Assembly (NCBI GenBank): GCA_030390025.1
Contig: CM059432.1
Location: forward strand, 33,234,001-33,298,000
Origin: Squalus acanthias
Taxonomy: Eukaryota
Reading direction: 5' to 3'
Length of the DNA: 64,000 nucleotides
Position numbers and translations under genes: made by a program. The notes below the pieces were generated by a model that worked only from the letters and a program-made list of their open reading frames with translations, ran no database searches and had not been told where the DNA came from. Below, piece by piece: positions 51,001 to 60,000 of the stretch (its first letter is position 1; every line of letters begins with the position of its first letter).

Positions 51001-54000
51001 ACAGTTGAAGGAGTACCTGAGTAAGGTAATGCATGGAGACTTATCTGGCAAATTATGTAATCAAAAAAAGAACCAACTTGCATTTATATAGCATCTTTCA
51101 CGATGAAGTGCTTTTTTTGACGTGTAGTCACTGTTGTAATGTAAGAAATGCAGCAGTCAATTTGCAAACAGCAAGGTCTCAGAAACAACAAGGTGATAAT
51201 GACCAGATAATCTTTTTTAGTGATGTTGGTTGAGGGATAAATATTGGCCTGGATACCATGAGAACTCCCCTGCTCTTCAAATAGTGCTGCAGGATCTTTT
51301 ATGTTCACTTGAGGGGGCAGAAGGGACTTTGTTTAATGTCTCATCCGAAAGACGGCACCTCCAACATTCTCAGTACTGCACTGAATTGTCTCTGGAGTTG
51401 GAGCTACATATTGCCATTTTCAGGGACCTGTTGTCTCAGCCAGGGCATAGGACCACATAGCACAATAGAATCTTCCAGCACAGAAGGAGGTTATTGGGCC
51501 CATTGTGCCTTTGCCGGCTCTTTGAAAGAGTTATCCAATTAGTTTCTCCTTATTTACTCTATTAAAACCCTTCATAATTTTCAACACCATTATTAAATCT
51601 CCCCTTAACCTACACTCTTTTTGAACAATCCCGGCTTCTCTAGCTCTCCATATAACTGAAGTCCATCATCCCTGGTATCGTTCTAATAAATCTCTGCATC
51701 CTCTCAAAAGCCTTGACATCCTTCCTAAAGGGTGGTGCCCAGACTTGGACACCATACTCCAGCTGAGGACTAACCTGTGATTTGTAAAGGTTTAGCATAA
51801 CTTCCCTTACTTTGGTACTCTAGGCCTCTATTTATAAGGCCAAAGATCCCGTATGCAATTTTTTTAACCGCTTTATCACTTGTCCTGCTACCTTCAAAGA
51901 TTATCTTGAAAGTGAGCAAGAAAAGCAGAAATAGAGAAGAAAACGCGTTTAAAAAAGGATTTTCTCTTTGATTTCTGCTCTAGGCCTTTGAGTCTTCCCA
52001 TCATCCTCTAGGGAAACTACTCCAGACACTGATAATGATTTTTCAGAGTACGTTTTCTGGAATTGGTATGTACAAACGGTTACTCTCAATGGCACAGCAG
52101 GAAGTCATGTCCCATGCCAAGAAGCTCTTCGAGCTGGCCAGGTCAGTGTTAAACTTCCTACACTTTTTTTCTGGACTAAGGTGTTAATCCTTCTCCAGTA
52201 ACCGTTGTGTATGAGTTGGTGGATGGAAGGGAGGGAGGAGGCTTCATGGATCATTATTTAAAGTTCCTCTGATAGCTCAGAGGGTAAATGGAATAACCAG
52301 TGTGCTATTGAGGCACGTAGACTAGAAACATCCTGGGTTTAATCCCTGGTCTGTTAGTGGGCTTTAGCCAAGCAACCATGAAGGGTTCTCTGAGGTCCTG
52401 AGTTTGGTGTTACTGAGGGTTGGGGGGTGCAGCAAGAAATCAGGGCACATGGTCCTAATTGTTAGCCAGTGACTTCTGCTGGAAAATACATACGGCGAGG
52501 GTGCTGGATCTCCTTTAGGGAGAGATCCCCCAATGTTTTTTCCCTACATTTTCTCTCCTGATTGTGATCACTCGTGCTGGATACGGTTCCATGGCGTGCC
52601 ATTGAACCTTCAATGCCCAACTCAAAACTATTCTCTAAGTGACAGGAAATAACATTGCGTATGAAACAGAGCATGACCTAGGGAATATGCTCCTGTGCTC
52701 ATTCAATGAGCTACATATTAGGCTTCGATAAGGTACCCCATAGTAGACTCATGACTAAGGTCAGAGCATGTGGAGTTAGGAGACAAGTAGCAGAATGGAT
52801 AGCAAGCTGGCTACAAAACAGAAAAGAGAGATTAGGGATTAAGGGTATCTACTAAGACAGGCAAAAGGTGGGAAATGGCATTCCAGAGGGATTGGTGCTG
52901 GGACCATAGTTGTTCACAATTTACGTTCGCGATCTGGACTTGGGAATCGGAAGTTCAATTTCAGAATTTGCAGATGACGCCAAATTGGAGGGTATAATTA
53001 ATACTGAGGAAGAATGTGACAAAATACAAGACTACGTTAATGAACTTGCAGAATGGTTGTGTAATTGGCAAAAAGTGTGCGGTGTTGCATTTTGCTAGGA
53101 AGAATAAGGAGGCCACATACTGCTTGGATAATAAGAGTCTAAATGAGGTAGAAGAGCAAAGGCATCTATGAGTACAGATACATAAATCACTAAAAATAGT
53201 GACGCAAGTTAATATGGTCAGAAAAAAGCAAACCAAAGCACTGGAGTTCATTTCTAGAGGGATAGAATTGAAAAGCAAAGAAGTTATGTAAAATTTGTAT
53301 AGAACTTTGGTTAGACCACACTTGGAGTACCGTGAACAGTTTTAGTCTCCATATTACAAAAAGGTTATAGAGGCACTGGAGAAGGTGCAAAAAGGATTCA
53401 CAAGGACCTTGCCAGAACTGAGAGAATATACTTAATAAGAAGGGCTGAACAGACTGGGGCTTTTTTGTCTAGAAAGGGGAAGGCTGAGGGGTGACATGAT
53501 AGAGGTATTTAAGATTATGAAAGGGTAGATGTAAAGAAAATGTTTCTACTTGTGGTGGAATCCAAAACTAGAGGTCATAAATATAAGATAATCACTAAGA
53601 AATCAGGAGAAACTTCTTTACCCAGAGCGTGGTAAGAATGTGGAACTTGCTACCACAAGGAGTAGTTGAGGCGAATAGCGCAGATGCAGTTAAGGGGAAG
53701 CTAGATAAACACAGAAGGGAGAAAGGAATAAAATGATATGCTGATAGTTAGATGAAGTAGGGTGGAGGAGGCTCGTGTGGAGCATAAATGCTGGCACAGA
53801 CCAGTTTGGTCGAATGTCCTGTTTCTGTGCTATAGACTCTGTAACTCTATGATAGACACATGGATCTGAACTATTGGCTTGGCCGAAGGAGATCTTGGTG
53901 TGCATTTTTATTAATTGTTTTCCAGGTATTTCTTGCCCAAGTCACTGGAGAAAGAATTTTCTTCCACTGAAGATACAATCAGGTAAACAAGATTTTAACT

Positions 54001-57000
54001 TTGTCTTTAATTGGTAAACCAATTGGATGGGGAGATAAAGGCCAACATTCTACCTGCCTTTTTCTTCCTGCCTACTAGCACAGACCGGAGTGTAAATTCT
54101 CTTTAATTTTAACAAACAGCTAGCAAAATTGTGTGCACTACTCCCAGCAAGAAAGAATCTGATAAATACCCAAAGACAGCATCTAACTGCCTCTTGAATG
54201 ATTCCAGAGTTTTTGCTTCCACTGCCCGTGCCAAATATTAATCACTCTGTGAAGATGTGCTTCATGACATTAGTCTTGAACTTGCATCATATATACAAGT
54301 TTGTGACGCGATCTATGTATTAAAGAAATAAAGCCGATATTGTTTTGCAACTTGAAGGGTTAATTCTCGTCATTAATAGTTTAATGTATGGGCAGATTCT
54401 GAGAAAGGATGCCATTTCTATTTACTGTTGTCTATTTTCGTGCCTGTAGAGATGACATCAATGCTTACACGGTGACTATTCCCCTGATCTTGCCACGGTT
54501 CTACCCTGATCTCTTCATGCTGTATATGTTGTACCACGAGGCAGAGGATTCACTGTACTGGAAGGGAATACTGCACCTGGAGCTCCTTTCTGACACCAAG
54601 CTCCTGGAGTTCCTAGAGGTACAAAAGTAAGTGTGGACTACTCTCAGTTATCCTTTGCCTGAGGTACTAAATTAAGTTATCTTGGGTAAGAAAGAACTTG
54701 CATTTATATAGCACCTTTCACGACCTCAGGATGTCCTAAAATGCTTCACAGCCAAGTACTTTGAAGTGTAGTTATTGTTGTAATGTTGGGAAACATGGCA
54801 GCCAATTTGCGCACAGTAAGGCCCCACAAATGGCAGCCAATTTGCACACAGCAAGGCCCCACAAACAGCAATGAGTTAAATGATCAGTCTGGTTATGAGG
54901 ATGAATCTTGCCAAACTCCTGACATACCTAGAGCAAGTCAGAAGCTAGATATTCTGTGGCTCATCTGACTCCCCAAGCTATAAGGCACAAATCAGGAGTG
55001 TGATGGAGTACTCTCCACTTGGCTAGAAGTGTACAGCTGTAAAAACACTCGAAGCTCAACACCATCCAGGGCAAAGCAGTCTGCTTTATTGGCACTTTAC
55101 CCACTAGCCTAAGCATCCACTCCCTCCATTGTGCCTGCAGTGTGTACTATCTACAGGATGCACTGCAGCAACTCGCCAAGGCTTCTTCGACAGCACCTCT
55201 CAATCCCGCGACCTCCAGCACCCAAAAAGACAAGGTCAGCAGGTGCATAGGAATGCCACCACCTCCAAATTCCTCTCTAAGTCGCACACCATCTTGACTT
55301 TGATATGTATTGCTGTTCCTCACATTATCGCTAAGTCAAAATCCTGGAACTCCCTACCTAACAGCATTGTGGGAGCACCTTTACCACATGGACTGCAGTG
55401 GTTCAAGAAGGCGGCCCACCACCATCTTCGAGGGAAACTAGGGATGGGCAATAATTGCCGGCCTTGCCAGCAATGCTCACATCTCAATAATGGATAAAAG
55501 TAACTAAAAAAATAATGATCTTGTCCTGTATATCTTCATGATTGTGCTCTCATATAATTCGCAGGGATCTGTGGCCTCTTCAAGACCTCCATCTGACAAA
55601 CAACCAGGTTAGAATGCAACATTGTCCTTTTATCCCTCAGAACTGGGTTTGCGAGAGGATTGGGTGCAAGTGTTCCAATAAGTTTGGGTCAGTCTCGATC
55701 TTGTTCCTGCTGACTGCAGATCTGCAGCATACAAATACCCACTTCATCTCATTCATAGAGGCCACAAGGATGGCTGGTGTGGGAAATGGAAATGTCACAC
55801 CGGTGCAGTACATTGAGTTGTAGTCAGTATGAGTTTAAATCACGCTGGGGCTGATATTCAGATGTAGCGCACATCTAGTCTGCAATGGGCAGATTGATCT
55901 CGCTGCATGCACACTGGAACTCACGGTCGGGCCTCATTTTAATGTGATTGGCGGCTCGCTGATCAGGGTGTGGAGAGGCAGGAAATCTGGTGGCTCCTTC
56001 ACGAAGTTGAGCCGGAAGTCGGCGCTTTAAGGGGGGGTTGTGGGTGGGGGGGTTTGCATTCATGCTCCTCCTGGCCCCACAAAGATCAGTGCCACAGTTT
56101 GTTTCAGAGTGACCTGTAGCAATCCCTTTAAGGATCGTTAGTCCGGCCGCTTAATGCGCAGTTTGACTGAGCAGATGCACACGTTCTGCCCAGTGAAATA
56201 CAAAAATTGTATTGGGGTCCTACAACCAGCATAGGACCCTGATGAGGCTTCTGCCTTAGGCTTTGCCTAGGCAAAGGTTTCAAATGCGTAGTTAAACGCC
56301 CATGGTCAACAAATGAGGTAAGAGACAGTATCAAGCTAAAAGAAAAGGCTTGCACAAATGCAAGCAAAAGTGGAAATCCAGCAGACTTGGAGAGCTATAA
56401 AAAGCAACAAAGGGATACAAAGAAAGTAATAAAATATGCAACAAGATAATATGCAAAAAAACTTGCAAGGGATATTCAAGCTAACAGCAAAAGTTTTTAA
56501 ATTAATATATTAAGAGAAATAGAGTGGTAAAGGGCAATGTAGGCCTATTAAAGACAGATGCAGTTGAGACTATAATGGATAATAAGGCAGACTTGTTAAA
56601 TGAATACCAGCAGTACAAATGAACCTACAAATAAGTCAAGGGGAGGAGCATAGTTGATTTAATATAAGTAGCAAAATGGTAATGGAGAAAATAATGGGAC
56701 TGAAGATGAACAAATCTCCAGGACCTGATGGTCTCCACCCTATGGCATTAAAAGAAATAGGTGAGGAAATTGCAAATGCATTAGTCATAATTTTCCAAAG
56801 CGCTCTAGGTTCAGCAATTGTGCCTTTTGGATTGGAAAATTGCAAATGTCGCTCCATTATTTTAGAAGGGAGGGAGAGAGAAACCAGTTAACCTGTCAGT
56901 TTAACATCAGTTGTGGGGAAGTTACTAGAACCTATCAGAGATGGAGTGACTGATCAGAGAGTCAGCATGAATTTGTGATGGGTAGGTCATGTCTGACTAA

Positions 57001-60000
57001 TCTAGTTGAATTTTTTGAGGTCACCAGCATGGCGGATAGGGGAGTATCTATTGATGTCTAGAAGAAGGCATTCAATAAGGTTCCGCACAATTAGCAAAAA
57101 TGAGAGCATGTGGAATTGGAGGTAATCTTGTGATATGGGTTGGTAATTGGTTGAGATAAAGGGTTCGTTCTCTGATTGGCGGGATGCGACAAGTGGCATT
57201 ACCCAGCGATGTGATCGGGGGCCACAGCTCTTCACCATATATATTAATGATTCAGATGTAGGAATAAAAAGTTGTATACCAAAGCTTGTAGATAAGAGAA
57301 TACGTTAAGAGGAACAGTAAGTTGTGTAGGTGGGAGTAGGAAGTTACAGAGACCAATTGAGTGGGCAAATTATGGCAGATGACGTTCAATGTGGGGAACT
57401 GAGAGGTCATCCACTTTGAATCTGAGACACGGAATAATTTCTTAATAGTGACAGACTAGGAGCAGCAAAGGTGTCCATGCAGACATCAGTAAAAGCTAGT
57501 ACACAGGTACAAAAAGTAATCAAGGCTAATGGAATGTTATCCTTTATCGCAAGGGGACTGAAATACAAAGGGGAGGAAGTTATGCTTCAGTTGTACAGAG
57601 CCTTGGCTAGACCCCATCTAGAGCACTGCATTCAGTTTCAGGCACCGAACATGAGGAAAGATGTATTGGCCTTGGAATGGGTACAGTGCATATTTACCAC
57701 AATGATACTAGGGCTTTTCAGTTTCAGGCACCGAACATGAGGAAAGATGTATTGGCCTTGGAATGGGTACAGTGCATATTTACCACAATGATACTAGGGC
57801 TTAAAAGGTTAAATTATGAGCAGGTTGTATAAACTTGGCTTGTATTCCCTTGAGTTGAGAAGGTTGATGGATGATCTAATGGAGGTATTTAAAATTATTA
57901 AGGAATTTAATATTTTGTGATTTGTTTTTAATTCGGGAGAGTTGACAACCCTGTGGCGATGAGTGAAGCTGAGAGGCAATTTGGGAGCCTCCCCATATCC
58001 TTCAAACTGTCACCTTCCCACACAGAGGATTTTGTATGACAGCAGCTGGGATTGTAATGGTGGATCAACAGTTCATGTTTGTGCAACACTAAGGCTGGAA
58101 AATCTTGTGTTTTGTATACAGAGAATCTCCATTGTGAAAGATGTCTGCTTCACTTCCGCCATCTTGTGTTTCCAAAAGATAAGGTGAGCACTGAGAAGGG
58201 GACTGCTGGTTTTATTGAACGGGCGTGTCAGTGAAAGGACAGTATTGAAGTGATACCATGATGTGTAGCACCAACCTTTTCAGAGAAACATCTTTTCATA
58301 CCTATAGTAACACAGGCCTTTGCGTCATGATGTTCCTTCGAGACTACCCAGTTCATCACAGTATTGATGTACCATCTCCTTTAATACTCAAAGCACTGAC
58401 CCCTGAGAGTTACCATCTCCTTTAACACTCGTGGCACTAAACCCCTAGAATTGCTATCCCTTTAACGGTTGTCACCTGAGAATTGAACATAAACAAAGCT
58501 TCATAACCTCATAAGAAATAGGTGCAGGACTCGGCCATATGGCCCCTCGATCCTGTAGTTTTGACAAATGTAAACCTCTCTCTGCAGTACTACGGCAGAC
58601 CCTCAGGATAAGCTGGACACCATCATGAAAACCTATCATGAGATTGAGAGCACGGTGACCCGAGTGCTAGAGAGGGAGTACAACCTTCCCATGGATGACC
58701 TGCTGCCTCTGCTGGTTTACGTGGTTTCCAGGGCAAGGTAAGAGGCAGAAGTTTCATATTTTTCTGATGGGCTGAACGAGTCATAACACCTGGGATGTGT
58801 TTTGAAAAGAAGGCACTGCTTTGGAAAACCATTGACTAGTGAGCATAATTTCTTACAAATTAGGACGTTACCCCTTTAGGAATGTAGGATCAAACACATG
58901 AGCATTAACAAGTTAGATGCTGTGATGGGATTGGGGGGGGGTCCTTTTTTTTCTGATGGGCTCAATGGCCTTTCCCATTAATGTCCAACTGCTTGTAAAA
59001 TGATTCCTGGACTTTTGCCACCATTCCCGTACCTAGAAGTTCATTCCATCTGTTGATCACTGGTGAGTAACATCCTATCAGTTTGAAGTTTGCCTTACAC
59101 CAATTTCAGCCTGTGTACCTTGTCCCATTTCCACACTTAAATTGGAAATAATGTCCCAGAATAAACTTTTCTATACCGTTTACTATCCTATAGACCTACC
59201 TCTGCAGTTGCCTCCTCCGCTGCTCTGGGAGTGTTTGATGGGGCAGTGTAGAGGGAACCTTACTCTGTATCTAAATCCTGCTGTACCTGACCTAGGAATG
59301 CTTAATCAGTGTCTAATCCATGTTTGAACTAACCTGGGATTGTTTTAGCACGCACAGAAGATGGTGTTTTGCTGAAATACATTTTCATGCATTGCCATCA
59401 CCCAGCACTATTGCAAAACAAAAATGACTCAGATTTAACTTTCATTTTCTCTTCACTATAGAATCCTGCACCTGGGTGCAGAACTCCACTTAATACGAGA
59501 CATGATGGATCCTTCCACTGAGGGCGGGATGAATGACTTCCTGCTTACTGCTCTTGACGTGAGTTAATATAGAAGGCACAGCCTATGTAGTAGCAGCAAT
59601 CCTTTCTGGTAGCACAAAGATAAGTGGAATTGGTCAGGGGTTTCGAAGTGAAGTTGAAAAGTGCCCCAAATGAAACAAAGGGTAACCTACTCTTGGTGTA
59701 CAATTTAAGCATTTAATCCCACCATGGCAGTTTGAGAATTTGAATTCAGTTTCATTAAAAAGCTGGTATTGACCATGAAGCTGTCGGATTGTTGTAAAAA
59801 TGCAACTGATTCACCAATGCCCTTTAAGGAAGTAAGCCTGCCGTCCTTGGCCTATATGTGACTCCAGCAATGCGGTTGACTCTTACTTCTCTCAAAGGTG
59901 GCCTGGCATGACACTCAGTAGCAACTAGGGATGGGCAATAAATTCTGTCCTTGCCAGCGAGAATGAATAAAAAAAAAAAATCCACACTTTGTTCAAAAAG

